Of a DNA stretch of 64,000 nucleotides, positions 1-9,613 are shown piece by piece. The notes beneath the pieces are model-generated. The model had not been told where the DNA came from and ran no database searches. It saw only the letters and a list, made by a program, of their open reading frames with translations. The stretch is from Bacilli bacterium (GTDB lineage: Bacteria > Bacillota_I > Bacilli_A > RFN20 > CAG-826). Where the stretch lies: the NCBI GenBank assembly GCA_017429285.1, contig JAFRPF010000031.1, positions 75,388 through 139,387 of the forward strand. Reading direction: 5' to 3'. Every line of letters begins with the position of its first letter. Position 1 is the stretch's first letter. A program made the translations under genes and the position numbers.

Positions 1-144
1 TGGATGACGATCACGTCTATCGCCTTTAGATGGACGTCTATCGCCTCTTGGACGACGAGATTCTTTATTTTCTTCTTTAGGAGCTTCGCTAACTGGAGCA
101 GCTTCTGTAGCGGAAACTTCCGCGACTTTCTTTTCTTCTTCCAT
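1..144 (-). CDS. rpsE: 30S ribosomal protein S5, N-terminal part; the gene continues past the window start
   Basis: ATG at 144-142 sits behind a GGGAGG RBS (145-160). It lies directly downstream of rplR, the canonical spc-operon position. The visible N-terminus is MEEEKKVAEVSATEAAPVSEAPKEENKESRRPRGDRRP, a low-complexity extension, so identity rests on synteny only. Confidence 0.6.
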   Translation of the reverse strand, partial: MEEEKKVAEVSATEAAPVSEAPKEENKESRRPRGDRRPSKGDRRDRHP

Positions 145-158
145 TTATCTTTCCTCCC

Positions 159-515
159 TTAGAATTTTAAGCCCGCTTCTCTAGCGGCTTCCGCTAAAGC
201 TTTAACACGTCCGTGGTAGATATAACCACTTCTATCAAAGACCACTGATTTAATCTTTTTGGCTAAAGCCTTTTTAGCGATATCTTCACCCACTAATTTC
301 GCGGCTTCAATGTTGCTACCATTTTCTAATTTCAAAGTCATAGAAGAACTTGAAACTAAGGTTACACCTTTGACGTCATCGATAATTTGAGCTTCGATAT
401 TTTTATTAGAACGGTAGACTGAGAGTCTTGGTGTTTCTTTTGTACCGGAAACTTTCGCTCTAACACGAGCGTGTCTACGAACACGAGATACGTTTTTATC
501 TTGTTTTTTAACCAT
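159..515 (-). CDS. rplR: 50S ribosomal protein L18
   Basis: Translation reads [22 protein letters not shown]...[17 protein letters not shown], a typical L18. I prefer the ATG at 515 to the TTG at 521 used by the ORF track. Operon position is between rplF and rpsE. Confidence 0.9.
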   Translation of the reverse strand: MVKKQDKNVSRVRRHARVRAKVSGTKETPRLSVYRSNKNIEAQIIDDVKGVTLVSSSSMTLKLENGSNIEAAKLVGEDIAKKALAKKIKSVVFDRSGYIYHGRVKALAEAAREAGLKF

Positions 516-538
516 AAACAACTATTCCTACCTTTCTA

Positions 539-1081
539 TTATTTACCAGCGGCACGTTTGCCTTCTTTTGTGGCAACGTACTCACCCTTATAACGAATAC
601 CTTTACCGAGGTATGGTTCTGGAGGTCTCACTTCACGAATTCTCGCCGCAGTTTGACCAACAGCTTGTTTATCAATACCTTCGACATCGATATTTGTTGG
701 ATCAACGATAATGACTTTCACTCCTTCATTTGGAACGATGGTCACTGTGTGGCTATAACCGGCCCATAAGACTAAGTTATTACCTTGTAATTGGGCTTTA
801 TAACCGATACCTCTCATCTCGAGAGATTTTTTGTATCCTTGGCTGACACCGACAACCGCGTTATGAACATTAGCTCTCACTGTGCCGTGATTTTGTTTGG
901 TTTGCTTTAGTTCATTGTGGCGGGAGAAGGAAACGACGTTGCCTTCCACTTTCATATCGATACCAGAGTTTAATGCCACCATCAATGTGCCTTTTGGGCC
1001 ACTGACTTTGGCAAAACTACCTTCTTGGCTCACGGTAACACCGGCTGGAAGGATGATATGTTTATTACCAATTCTTGACAT
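539..1081 (-). CDS. rplF: 50S ribosomal protein L6
   Basis: MSRIGNKHIILPAGV...RPPEPYLGKGIRYKGE is an L6 signature, and the spc-operon order fits. Confidence 0.95.
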   Translation of the reverse strand: MSRIGNKHIILPAGVTVSQEGSFAKVSGPKGTLMVALNSGIDMKVEGNVVSFSRHNELKQTKQNHGTVRANVHNAVVGVSQGYKKSLEMRGIGYKAQLQGNNLVLWAGYSHTVTIVPNEGVKVIIVDPTNIDVEGIDKQAVGQTAARIREVRPPEPYLGKGIRYKGEYVATKEGKRAAGK

Positions 1082-1092
1082 AAATATACCTC

Positions 1093-1485
1093 CTACCAGA
1101 CATAAGCGATGACTTCACCGCCGATACCAAGGGTTCTGGCTTTTGCGTCAGTCATGACACCTTGAGAAGTTGAGATGATCGCAATACCTAAGCCTTTTAA
1201 AACTCTTGGAAGTTTTTCACAGCTCACGTTGACACGTAATCCTGGTTTAGAGATTTTCTTTAAGCCAGAGATGACTCTTGTGCCGTCAGCGGCATACTTT
1301 AAGGTAACGGTCATTTCTTTTTTCACTTCACCTTTCACTTTATAGTCAACGATGAAGCCTTCTTCTTTTAAGATTTTTGCAATTTCCACTTTCATCTTGC
1401 TGGATGGAAGTTTCACTGTTTCATGTTTTAAAGCGTTAGCGTTTCTGATACGTGTTAACATATCCGCAACTGGATCTGACATCAT
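1093..1485 (-). CDS. rpsH: 30S ribosomal protein S8
   Basis: [16 protein letters not shown]...GGEVIAYVW matches the classical S8 N- and C-termini. Confidence 0.95.
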   Translation of the reverse strand: MMSDPVADMLTRIRNANALKHETVKLPSSKMKVEIAKILKEEGFIVDYKVKGEVKKEMTVTLKYAADGTRVISGLKKISKPGLRVNVSCEKLPRVLKGLGIAIISTSQGVMTDAKARTLGIGGEVIAYVW

Positions 1486-1504
1486 AATTACATTTCCCTC
1501 CTTA

Positions 1505-1690
1505 TTACCAAGATGATTTCTTCATGCCGGGAATTTCGCCTTTATAAGCTAATTCTCTAATGCAGATACGGCATAAATGGAATTTTGAATAGACAGAGTG
1601 AGGACGTCCACAACGTTCACATCTAGTGTATTCTCTAACTTTGAATTTTTGTGGTCTAGATTGTCTGACCTTTAAACTAGTTTTAGCCAT
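1505..1690 (-). CDS. rpsN: 30S ribosomal protein S14, zinc-binding type Z (61 aa)
   Basis: A 61-aa protein with CERCGRP...CRIC (CxxC...CxxC), located between rplE and rpsH. Confidence 0.95.
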   Translation of the reverse strand: MAKTSLKVRQSRPQKFKVREYTRCERCGRPHSVYSKFHLCRICIRELAYKGEIPGMKKSSW

Positions 1691-1704
1691 TGTGCACTCC
1701 TTTC

Positions 1705-2415
1705 TTATCTAGCGAATGGCATACCCATTAAATCTAATAATGTATATGCTTCTTCGTCTTTACTTGCAGTGGTCACGATAACGATATCCATACCACGCAC
1801 TTTTGCGACCTTATCATAATCGATTTCAGGGAAGATTAATTGTTCCTTAATACCTAATGTGTAATTACCACGACCATCGAAAGCGTTTTTGCTAACACCA
1901 CGGAAGTCACGGACACGTGGTAAGGCGATGGAGACTAATTTATCGAAGAAGTCCCACATACGGACACCACGTAAGGTCACTTTACAACCAATTTCTTGAC
2001 CTTCTCTTAATTTGAAGGAAGCGATGGATTTTTTCGCTTTGGTAATGACTGGTTTTTGACCAGTGATTTGGCTTAATTCGCTAACCGCTTCTTCCAGTCT
2101 TTTGCCATCTTGAGTGGCATCACCGACACCGATGTTGATCACGATCTTAGAAAGACCTGGGATTTGCATCACGGAAGAATAATGATATTTTTCTAATAAT
2201 GCTTTTCTCACTTCAGTGTCATATTTGACTTTCATACGAGGTTGAATAGCGGAAACTTTGTTTCCAGAGCCTTTTTTTGCCACTTTTTTGGCTTTTGGGG
2301 CTTCTTTTACTTCAGCTTCAACTTTTTCACTACCTTCTTTTGGAGCAACTTTCTTTGGAGCGGTTTTGGCTGTGGAGGTTTTCTTCGCAGCAACTTTCTT
2401 TACTTCTTCTGCCAT
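1705..2415 (-). CDS. rplE: 50S ribosomal protein L5 with an N-terminal Lys/Ala/Glu-rich extension of about 57 aa
   Basis: The L5 core ([39 protein letters not shown]...) follows [22 protein letters not shown].... The ATG at 2415-2413 has an AAGGAGGAAAG RBS and lies just after the rplX stop. The track's 2523 start would overlap rplX by 95 nt, so I rejected it. Confidence 0.9.
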   Translation of the reverse strand: MAEEVKKVAAKKTSTAKTAPKKVAPKEGSEKVEAEVKEAPKAKKVAKKGSGNKVSAIQPRMKVKYDTEVRKALLEKYHYSSVMQIPGLSKIVINIGVGDATQDGKRLEEAVSELSQITGQKPVITKAKKSIASFKLREGQEIGCKVTLRGVRMWDFFDKLVSIALPRVRDFRGVSKNAFDGRGNYTLGIKEQLIFPEIDYDKVAKVRGMDIVIVTTASKDEEAYTLLDLMGMPFAR

Positions 2416-2428
2416 AATACTTTCCTCC

Positions 2429-2734
2429 TTATAGCACGGTGCCGCTCTTTTTGGCGACACGAACTTTTTTGCCTTTAACAACTTTATGACCAATTCTGGT
2501 TGGTTTTTTGGTTTTTGGATCAACTAACATAACGTTAGAAGCATCAATTGGTGCGTAGATCTCAACGATACCACCTTCAGGATTGGCTTGAGTTGGTTTT
2601 CTGTGTTTCTTTCTTAAATTGACGTTTTCCACGACAACTCTGTTACTTTCAGGAATAACTTTTTGGATTACGCCAGTTTTACCTTTATCGCGACCTGCGA
2701 TAACGATGACGGTATCACCTTTAACTAAATTCAT
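2429..2734 (-). CDS. rplX: 50S ribosomal protein L24
   Basis: [21 protein letters not shown] is the KOW motif typical of L24, and the operon order fits. Confidence 0.95.
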   Translation of the reverse strand: MNLVKGDTVIVIAGRDKGKTGVIQKVIPESNRVVVENVNLRKKHRKPTQANPEGGIVEIYAPIDASNVMLVDPKTKKPTRIGHKVVKGKKVRVAKKSGTVL

Positions 2735-2750
2735 AGTTTCTTATTCCTCC

Positions 2751-3128
2751 TTATAACACTTCTGGGGCTAATGAAACGATTTTCATAAATCCTTCAACCC
2801 CACAATCACGTAATTCTCTGGCCACAGGACCAAACACACGTGTACCCACAGGCGCATTATCATCATTAATAATAACGACTGCGTTGTCATCGAATGCAAT
2901 TTGAGAACCATCTGGTCTATTAATCGCCTTTTTAGTTCTCACGATAACGCATCTGACGACATCACCTTTTTTCACCTTACCATTTGGAAGGGCATCCTTA
3001 ACGGCACATTTGATAATGTCACCGATAGAAGATGATTTACGGGTGGAACCACCATAGAGGGTGAAAGCACGGACAGAACGTGCACCACTGTTATCAGCGA
3101 CAACAAGGTTTGTTTCTTTCTGGATCAT
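2751..3128 (-). CDS. rplN: 50S ribosomal protein L14
   Basis: [17 protein letters not shown]...VSLAPEVL is a canonical L14. Confidence 0.95.
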   Translation of the reverse strand: MIQKETNLVVADNSGARSVRAFTLYGGSTRKSSSIGDIIKCAVKDALPNGKVKKGDVVRCVIVRTKKAINRPDGSQIAFDDNAVVIINDDNAPVGTRVFGPVARELRDCGVEGFMKIVSLAPEVL

Positions 3129-3574
3129 TACTTACTTTCCTCCTTTGGTTCTTCTTCTTTGACTTCTTTTGCCTTTCTAGCAGCAGGTTTCTTGGCAGGA
3201 GCTTCCGCCTTGACTTCTTCTACTTTTTCTTCTTCTGCTTTTGGGGCTTCTTTTAATTCGGCTTCAGCTTCTAAGATTTCTTCTTTTAATTCCGCTTCAG
3301 CTTCTTTTACAGATAAGACGGCTTTCTTATCAATGCTCACTAATCTGAATCTCTTTAAAGCGGATAAGCGTCTAGTTTCCATAATGGTCACTGTATCGCC
3401 ATTCTTCGCTTCATTGTTTTCATCATGAGCGTAATATTTTTTACCGTATTTCACACGTTTACCGTATTTGGCGTGTCTTTTGTGTGTTTCAACAAGGACG
3501 ACAATTGTTTTGTCATTCTTATCACTAACAACGACACCTTGGACGCTACGACGAGATGTAACTTTTCTTTCCAT
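3128..3574 (-). CDS. rpsQ: 30S ribosomal protein S17 with a C-terminal Glu/Lys/Ala-rich extension of about 60 aa
   Basis: The S17 core ([45 protein letters not shown]...) is followed by [59 protein letters not shown]. Confidence 0.9.
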   Translation of the reverse strand: MERKVTSRRSVQGVVVSDKNDKTIVVLVETHKRHAKYGKRVKYGKKYYAHDENNEAKNGDTVTIMETRRLSALKRFRLVSIDKKAVLSVKEAEAELKEEILEAEAELKEAPKAEEEKVEEVKAEAPAKKPAARKAKEVKEEEPKEESK

Positions 3575-3587
3575 TTATTTGTCCTCC

Positions 3588-3785
3588 TTATTTCTTGGCG
3601 AGTTCGCGTTCTCTTAATACTAAGTTGATACGCGCGATGTCTTTTCTCACGCCGATGACATCTTCTGGTTTTTCTAAGGCTCCAACAGCTTTCTTTCTGC
3701 GGAGTTCGAATAATTGTTCTTGTAAGGAATAGAGCTTTTCTTTTAATTCAGCACTTGTTAATTCACGAACTTCATTAATTTTCAT
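3588..3785 (-). CDS. rpmC: 50S ribosomal protein L29
   Basis: A 65-aa protein reading MKINEVRELTSAELKEKL..LQEQLFELR, the L29 pattern. It lies between rplP and rpsQ. Confidence 0.9.
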   Translation of the reverse strand: MKINEVRELTSAELKEKLYSLQEQLFELRRKKAVGALEKPEDVIGVRKDIARINLVLRERELAKK

Positions 3786-3787
3786 AA

Positions 3788-4201
3788 TTACTCTTCTCCT
3801 TTCTTAACCACTTTACATTTGATTGGGAGTTTGTAAGCCGCTAAACGAAGAGCTTCTCTAGCGGCCTCTTCTGGGACACCCGCCATCTCGAACATAATTG
3901 TTCCTTGTCTGACGACTGCCACCCAATCTTCTGGTGAACCTTTACCAGAACCCATACGAGTACCTGCAGCTTTCACGGTTTTAGCGAGGTGTGGGAAGAT
4001 ACGGATGTAAACTTTTCCACCTCTTTTGGTATATCTACTGACGACGATACGTGCCGCTTCAATTTGGCGGGTGGTGATCCACGCACCTTCTAAGGCTTCT
4101 AGTCCATATTCACCAAAGGCGACTGTGGTACCAGATGTCGCTTTACCTTCATATCTAATGATATGTGGACGACGATATTTCACACGTTTTGGTTGTAACA
4201 T
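3788..4201 (-). CDS. rplP: 50S ribosomal protein L16
   Basis: [11 protein letters not shown]...[12 protein letters not shown] is an L16 signature. Confidence 0.95.
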   Translation of the reverse strand: MLQPKRVKYRRPHIIRYEGKATSGTTVAFGEYGLEALEGAWITTRQIEAARIVVSRYTKRGGKVYIRIFPHLAKTVKAAGTRMGSGKGSPEDWVAVVRQGTIMFEMAGVPEEAAREALRLAAYKLPIKCKVVKKGEE

Positions 4202-4203
4202 GA

Positions 4204-4887
4204 CTATTCTCCTTTCCCTTCAGAAGATTTCTTTTGAAGTTCAGGACGAATTTCACCACGGCAGATCCAAACTTTGACACCTAAACGGCCATATTGGGTT
4301 GCAGCGTGGTAGACAGCGAAGTCGATGTCGCTTCTTAAGGTATGAAGAGGAATAACACCTTCTTTATAGCCTTCACTACGAGCGATATCAGCGCCGCCTA
4401 AACGACCTGAGACAACTGTACGGATACCTTTCGCACCGGCTTTACGAACTCTTTGAATAGCTTTCTTTTGCGCGGTTCTGAAACTGGCTCTTTCTTCTAA
4501 TTGTTTACCGATGCTTTGCGCAACGATGTTAGCGTCTAAGTCAGGATTTTTGACTTCGACGACATCAACCTTCACGCTTGTCGCACTGAGTAATTTAGAT
4601 AAATCTTCTTTAATTTTATTAATAGTTTTTCCGTCTTGTCCGATGACGACGCCTGGACGGGCGACGAAGATGGAGACGGTAGCGTTATTACCTTTGTCGT
4701 AAGATTTACTTCTTTGAATTTCGACGTGGGATAATAAGGCATCTTTGAGGTTCTTTTCGAGATATTCGCGGACTTTGATGTCTTCGTTGAGGAACACATG
4801 GAATTCGTGTTCGTTAGCGTACCAACGTGAATTCCAATTGCGGTTGACACCAACACGCATACCGACTGGATTAACTTTTTGACCCAT
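4204..4887 (-). CDS. rpsC: 30S ribosomal protein S3
   Basis: [24 protein letters not shown] is a canonical S3 N-terminus. Confidence 0.95.
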   Translation of the reverse strand: MGQKVNPVGMRVGVNRNWNSRWYANEHEFHVFLNEDIKVREYLEKNLKDALLSHVEIQRSKSYDKGNNATVSIFVARPGVVIGQDGKTINKIKEDLSKLLSATSVKVDVVEVKNPDLDANIVAQSIGKQLEERASFRTAQKKAIQRVRKAGAKGIRTVVSGRLGGADIARSEGYKEGVIPLHTLRSDIDFAVYHAATQYGRLGVKVWICRGEIRPELQKKSSEGKGE

Positions 4888-4900
4888 TGATATTTTCCTC

Positions 4901-5419
4901 CTATCTCATTTTGACCACTACGTATAAGTGGCTGTTTCTTTTCACTAAACCAGAAGCGGAACCTTTCGCTCTTGGTAAGTATCTCTTCATTCTTAAGCCA
5001 TCGTTGGCGTAGATTTCTGAGATGTATAAGCTATCTTCATCCATACCGAAGTTGTTAACAGCGTTACTAGCGGCGGATTTGATGAGTTTGCTGACAGGTT
5101 CAGATGCCGCTTTATTTAAGTTCGCTAAGATGCCTAAGGCAACTTTCACATCTTTACCTCTAACGAGATCCATCACTAATCTAGCTTTACGAGGAGTGAT
5201 TCTCACGTTTTTGGAGACCGCACGCGCTTCAGTTGGCATAGGTTTCTTTGGAGTTTCAACTTTCTTTTCAGCTTTCTTAGCTTTGACTTCTTTTTTAGGA
5301 GCTTCACTAACAGGAGCTTTCACTTCTTCTACTTTCGCTTCTGCTTTTGGAGCGGCTTTTTTAGGAGCAGCTTTCTTTGCAGGGGCTTTAGCAGCAGTGA
5401 CTTTCTTTTCTTCTGCCAT
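4901..5419 (-). CDS. rplV: 50S ribosomal protein L22 with an N-terminal Ala/Lys/Glu-rich extension of about 60 aa
   Basis: The L22 core (ARAVSKNVRITPRKARLVMDLVRGKDVKVALGIL...) is preceded by MAEEKKVTAAKAPAKKAAPKKAAPKAEAKVEEVKAPVSEAPKKEVKAKKAEKKVETPKKPMPTE. Confidence 0.9.
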   Translation of the reverse strand: MAEEKKVTAAKAPAKKAAPKKAAPKAEAKVEEVKAPVSEAPKKEVKAKKAEKKVETPKKPMPTEARAVSKNVRITPRKARLVMDLVRGKDVKVALGILANLNKAASEPVSKLIKSAASNAVNNFGMDEDSLYISEIYANDGLRMKRYLPRAKGSASGLVKRNSHLYVVVKMR

Positions 5420-5429
5420 AACTTACCTC

Positions 5430-5723
5430 CTATTTAGCGGCCGCTGCAGCTTTATCTTCTGCTGTGTGGCCTGTATGTCCGGTGAATTTTCTCGTTGGAG
5501 AGAATTCGCCTAATTTATGTCCGACCATATCTTCTGTGACATACACAGAGATGTGTTCTCTACCGTTATATACTGCGAAGGTATGTCCGACAAATGATGG
5601 GAATATTGTGCTACGACGGGACCATGTCTTAATGATCTCTTTCTTATTAGCAGCGTTTAACGCTTCGACTTTTCTCATTAATGATTCATCGACGAATGCG
5701 CCTTTTTTCAAGCTTCTTGCCAT
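5430..5723 (-). CDS. rpsS: 30S ribosomal protein S19
   Basis: [15 protein letters not shown]...[16 protein letters not shown] is an S19 signature. Confidence 0.95.
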   Translation of the reverse strand: MARSLKKGAFVDESLMRKVEALNAANKKEIIKTWSRRSTIFPSFVGHTFAVYNGREHISVYVTEDMVGHKLGEFSPTRKFTGHTGHTAEDKAAAAAK

Positions 5724-5745
5724 AATTCATTTTCCTCCTTCTACA

Positions 5746-6579
5746 CTATTTACCGTTTCTTCTACGGACGATTAATTTGGTGGATGCTTTTTTCACTTTA
5801 CGTGTCTTCACACCGAGAGCACGTTTGCCCCAAGGGGTACGTGGTGCGTCACGTCCAACTGGACACTTACCTTCACCACCACCATGAGGGTGATCGTTCG
5901 GGTTCATAACAGAACCTCTGACTGTTGGTCTAACACCTAACCATCTGGTTTTACCAGCCTTACCACTATTGATAAGGTTCCAGTCTTCATTACCGACGAA
6001 ACCGACGGTCGCGCGGCATTCTTTTAAGATTTTACGAACTTCGCCAGAAGCTAATCTCACGAGCACGTATTTTCCTTCGTTACCGAGCACTTGTGCGGCT
6101 GCACCTGCGGCACGGCAGAGCTGACCGCCATTACCAGGTACTAATTCGATGTTATGGATGAATGTACCTTCTGGAATGCTCTTTAAGCACATCGCATTAC
6201 CAGGCATGATATCAACTGCTTCACCAGACCAGACTTTATATCCGATCTTGATATCCTTTGGAGCGAGGATATAACGCTTTTCACCATCTGCATAGCAGAC
6301 TAAGCAAATATTTGCATTGCGGTTTGGATCGTATTCGATAGTTTTCACAACCGCTGGGATATTGTCTTTATTACGTTTGAAGTCAATAACACGATATTTA
6401 CGTTTATGACCTCCACCAATGTGACGGCAGGTAATTTTACCTTGGTTATTTCTACCGCCAGATTTGGATAAACTGACTAATAATGATTTCTCAGGAGTTT
6501 TTGTTGTGATTTCTTCGAATGTCGAATTTGTCATGTTCCTACGGCTTGCGGACGTAGGTTTGTAAGTTCTAATAGACAT
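5746..6579 (-). CDS. rplB: 50S ribosomal protein L2
   Basis: A 277-aa protein containing [15 protein letters not shown] and [16 protein letters not shown], both L2 motifs. Confidence 0.95.
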   Translation of the reverse strand: MSIRTYKPTSASRRNMTNSTFEEITTKTPEKSLLVSLSKSGGRNNQGKITCRHIGGGHKRKYRVIDFKRNKDNIPAVVKTIEYDPNRNANICLVCYADGEKRYILAPKDIKIGYKVWSGEAVDIMPGNAMCLKSIPEGTFIHNIELVPGNGGQLCRAAGAAAQVLGNEGKYVLVRLASGEVRKILKECRATVGFVGNEDWNLINSGKAGKTRWLGVRPTVRGSVMNPNDHPHGGGEGKCPVGRDAPRTPWGKRALGVKTRKVKKASTKLIVRRRNGK

Positions 6580-6618
6580 TACTTTTCCTCCTATAATTTG
6601 GAATTAATCGAACTTAGA

Positions 6619-6963
6619 TTATTCCTTGAATAAGTCAATCGCTTCGCCTTCAGCGATAGTAACGATTGCTTTCTTATAACCGGAGATCTTACCTGAATAA
6701 CGGGTGCCTCTGGTTGTTTCTTTCGCTCTGACATTGCTGACGCGGACATCTTCAACTTTAACTTGGAAGATTCTTTCGACTGCTAATTTAATTTCAGTCT
6801 TGTTCGCGCTGTCGAGGACTTTCACCGTGATCTTGTTTTGATTTTGCATCAAATCCATGCTCTTCTCGGTGATTCTTGGTTCAAGAATGACTTCGAAGTC
6901 TTTCGCGGTTGGTTTCGCAAAGCGGTTTGAAGCTTTAGCTTCTGTTTTCTTTTTGGTTGCCAT
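6619..6963 (-). CDS. rplW: 50S ribosomal protein L23 with a short basic N-terminal extension
   Basis: ILEPRITEKSMDLMQNQNKITVKV...YKKAIVTI is an L23 core, and the gene lies between rplD and rplB. Confidence 0.9.
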   Translation of the reverse strand: MATKKKTEAKASNRFAKPTAKDFEVILEPRITEKSMDLMQNQNKITVKVLDSANKTEIKLAVERIFQVKVEDVRVSNVRAKETTRGTRYSGKISGYKKAIVTIAEGEAIDLFKE

Positions 6964-6964
6964 A

Positions 6965-7606
6965 TTACTTCAAAACCTCCTTTTGTAAATTTTCCACTGA
7001 AGATTTTGTGAATAAGACGTTATCAACATTTAATAAGTCAACAACACTCACATTATCAACAGTCACTAATTTGACCCAGTTAACATTGCTCGCGCTATAG
7101 AATGTATTTTCATCAAATTCATCAACAACAACGAGAACTTTGTTACCAACTTTTAAGGCATCTAAGACCTTTAAGAATACTTTAGTTTTCTTTTCGGTGA
7201 ATTTTAGTTCATCGACAACCACTAATCCTTGTTTAGCTTTTAAGCTTAAGGCACTTCTTAATGCTAAGTTGTGGGCTTTCTTGTTTTGGGAAATCTTATA
7301 AGATTGATTTCCATCTGGTCCGAAGACCGTTCCACCACCAACCCAAATTGGTGATCTGGTTGTACCTGCACGAGCACGGCCGGTACCTTTTTGACGGAAT
7401 GGTTTCTTTCCGCCACCACTCACTTCGTGACGAACTTTTGTTTTCGCTGTCGCTTGGCGAGCGTTGCTTTGTTCAACTTGAACAGCGTCGAACATAACTT
7501 GGTTATTAGGTTCAATACCGAAGACTTCAGCACTTAAACTTAATTTGGAAACTTCTTCGCCAGCTCTGTTAAAGACTTTAACGCTGACTGATTTCTTTTC
7601 TGCCAT
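6965..7606 (-). CDS. rplD: 50S ribosomal protein L4
   Basis: GGGKKPFRQKGTGRARAGTTRSPIWVGGGTVFGP is the L4 signature. Confidence 0.95.
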   Translation of the reverse strand: MAEKKSVSVKVFNRAGEEVSKLSLSAEVFGIEPNNQVMFDAVQVEQSNARQATAKTKVRHEVSGGGKKPFRQKGTGRARAGTTRSPIWVGGGTVFGPDGNQSYKISQNKKAHNLALRSALSLKAKQGLVVVDELKFTEKKTKVFLKVLDALKVGNKVLVVVDEFDENTFYSASNVNWVKLVTVDNVSVVDLLNVDNVLFTKSSVENLQKEVLK

Positions 7607-7621
7607 CTGTATGTCCTCCTA

Positions 7622-8374
7622 CTATTCAGCTTTTGCTTCAGGAGCGGCTTCCACTACTGGGGCTTCTTCCACCACAGGAGCTTTTTCTTCCACTACTGGA
7701 GCAGGTGTACGATCAATTAAGGTCTTGACCGCTTTCGGATTCTTAACCACTTTGACGGCGTCACGGATGACGACGATTCCTTTACGAGGACCAGGTAATC
7801 CACCTTTAACTAAGATGTAATTCTTTTCCGCGTTCACTGCGATAATGGTTAAGTTTAATAATGTCGCAGATTCGTTACCCATGTGTCCGGACATGTGTTT
7901 ACCAGGCATAACACCGTGGTTGTAACGACCATTATTAGCGAAGGAACCTTGGCCTCTGTGATATCCTGAACCATGTCCCTTCGGACCGATAGTCATATTC
8001 CAGCGTTTGATGGTGCCGGTATAACCATGACCCTTGCTAGTTCCAATAACATCGACGATATCTCCAGCTTTGAAGATTTCGGCGGTGATCTTGTCACCTA
8101 ATTGATATTTGGCCATTTCATCACCACGTAATTCTTTACTGACATAATGTGGGGTGGTGTTTGCTTTAGCGGCAATACCTTTTTCACATTTGTTAGCACG
8201 AGATTCACGTTTTTCTTCATAGCCAACTTGCACTGCTACATAGCCATCTTTTTCTAAAGTTTTGACTTGTGTAACAACGTTTGGTAAGACTTCGACGACT
8301 GTAACTGGGTACATTGTTCCATCTTCAGCGAAGACTTCAGTCATGCCCATTTTGCGTCCAACGATTGCTTTCAT
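7622..8374 (-). CDS. rplC: 50S ribosomal protein L3 with a C-terminal Pro/Val/Glu/Ala-rich tail of about 35 aa
   Basis: MKAIVGRKMGMTEVF...GTSKGHGYTGTIKRW is an L3 core. The tail reads TPAPVVEEKAPVVEEAPVVEAAPEAKAE. Confidence 0.95.
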   Translation of the reverse strand: MKAIVGRKMGMTEVFAEDGTMYPVTVVEVLPNVVTQVKTLEKDGYVAVQVGYEEKRESRANKCEKGIAAKANTTPHYVSKELRGDEMAKYQLGDKITAEIFKAGDIVDVIGTSKGHGYTGTIKRWNMTIGPKGHGSGYHRGQGSFANNGRYNHGVMPGKHMSGHMGNESATLLNLTIIAVNAEKNYILVKGGLPGPRKGIVVIRDAVKVVKNPKAVKTLIDRTPAPVVEEKAPVVEEAPVVEAAPEAKAE

Positions 8375-8388
8375 TGACTCTTACCTCC

Positions 8389-8700
8389 TTATAGTTTGAA
8401 TGCGATATCAACTCCAGCAGGTAAATCGAGATTTTTAATTGCATCGAATGTTTCCTTTTTTGGATTGTTAATATCGATAACGCGTTTGTGTGTTCTGATT
8501 TCGAATTGTTCACGAGAATCCTTATACTTGTGAACCGCTCTTAAAATCGTAAAAACTTGCTTTTCCGTAGGGAGCGGAATAGGACCCACAACGGTAGCCC
8601 CTGTCTTTTTCGCTGCCTCAACAATCTTAGCCGCACTAGAATCTAGTATGACGTGATCGTAAGCTTTTAAGCGAACCCTAATCTTGGTAGCTTTTGCCAT
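8389..8700 (-). CDS. rpsJ: 30S ribosomal protein S10
   Basis: [29 protein letters not shown]...GPIPLPT is an S10 signature. It is the first gene of the operon. Confidence 0.95.
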   Translation of the reverse strand: MAKATKIRVRLKAYDHVILDSSAAKIVEAAKKTGATVVGPIPLPTEKQVFTILRAVHKYKDSREQFEIRTHKRVIDINNPKKETFDAIKNLDLPAGVDIAFKL

Positions 8701-8832
8701 GAAATTTCCTCCTTTATCACTTCAGGCTTTGACTTCAACCTGCTCAGAACGAATTACCTGAACACACCTTCATGACAACGCCTGTGGGTGTGTCAGCAAC
8801 CTCGCACTTCAACGCGGGCAGTCAACGTGAAA
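8701..8832 (-). promoter_or_regulatory. Structured 5' leader of the S10 operon, about 130 nt
   Basis: The region between the predicted -10 and the rpsJ RBS looks visibly more GC-rich than its surroundings. On the transcript, CTGACACAC (8796-8788) can pair with GTGTGT-t-CAG (8767-8758) around a ~20-nt loop. Confidence 0.35.
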
Positions 8833-8861
8833 ATCATACCCCTCCTATATGTGCGTGTCAA
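8833..8861 (-). promoter_or_regulatory. Sigma-70/SigA-type promoter of the S10-spc operon
   Basis: The minus strand reads TTGACA (8861-8856), a 17-nt spacer, then TATGAT (8838-8833). An A/T-rich UP-like tract, tttttataaaaaatat, lies upstream. Confidence 0.7.
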
Positions 8862-8980
8862 ATATTTTTTATAAAAATTAGTAAATATGGAAATCCCGTA
8901 TATGAAAAATTACCCAAAATTGGTACAAAAAAACGACTTATTTTTCGTCGCTTTTCGTCATTTTTCCGATTTTTGAGGCC

Positions 8981-9613
8981 TTATTTTTGCTTTTTTTCGA
9001 GGTATTTTTGATAGGAATATTTACAACCACAATACTCTTGAAAGTACATCTCATGTTCTCTCACAATTTGTAATGATTTCTGGTATCCGTCATTCTTTTT
9101 AAAATCAGCATCCAACCATTTGACAGGTGAAAACTCTTTCTCTAATTCATGACCAATACGATTTAGATCTTGAGAATTTTTATATCTAGAAATAGTCATC
9201 ACTGTTCCAAAATATTCAAAATTATGAGCTTTAGCGTATTCAAATCCTTGTCTTAGTCTCTTTCTAAAACAAAGACGGCAACGCTCGTTACCTTCATAGT
9301 CATCTGCAAGTGGTTCTAAATCTTTGTTGTAGTTTAAATTATCATAGGGAAATTCCACGAATTCAACGTCCGCTTTTATGCTTCTTATATATTCCTTAAA
9401 TTCGTTTAAACGGCGATGATATTCTTCTTCTGGATAGATATTGGAATTATTATAGATGATAGTGATCTTAAAATAGTCTTTTATTAATTCATAAGGGAAG
9501 GTAAAACAAGGACCACAACAGGCATGCAAACAAAGAGTGGGTTTATGCCCATTTTCTTTAATTTCGGCTAGTTTTTGCAGTAATATTTCTTGATAATTGA
9601 TTTTATTTTCCAT
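8981..9613 (-). CDS. queH: Epoxyqueuosine reductase QueH (DUF208 family)
   Basis: Contains [14 protein letters not shown] and the C-terminal [10 protein letters not shown] cysteine motifs typical of QueH, and is adjacent to queA and tgt. I prefer the ATG at 9613 (MENKINYQ...), which overlaps the queA 3' end by 11 nt. Confidence 0.75.
   Translation of the reverse strand: MENKINYQEILLQKLAEIKENGHKPTLCLHACCGPCFTFPYELIKDYFKITIIYNNSNIYPEEEYHRRLNEFKEYIRSIKADVEFVEFPYDNLNYNKDLEPLADDYEGNERCRLCFRKRLRQGFEYAKAHNFEYFGTVMTISRYKNSQDLNRIGHELEKEFSPVKWLDADFKKNDGYQKSLQIVREHEMYFQEYCGCKYSYQKYLEKKQK

Noticed and set aside
1705-2523. The long 272-aa version of rplE from the ORF track
   Set aside because: The extra 36 codons overlap rplX by 95 nt and lack an RBS. 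The ATG at 2415 has AAGGAGG and follows the rplX stop.
897-7820. Plus-strand ORFs inside the ribosomal operon: 897-1112, 2242-2478, 3159-3428, 3425-3628, 4026-4277, 4511-4702, 5022-5513, 5464-5775, 7261-7497 and 7545-7820. Also the minus-strand out-of-frame ORF at 4572-4856.
   Set aside because: All lie antisense to, or out of frame with, strongly supported r-protein genes. They have no RBS. Their Phe/Ser/Leu-rich low-complexity translations are the mirror image of the Lys/Glu/Ala-rich extensions.
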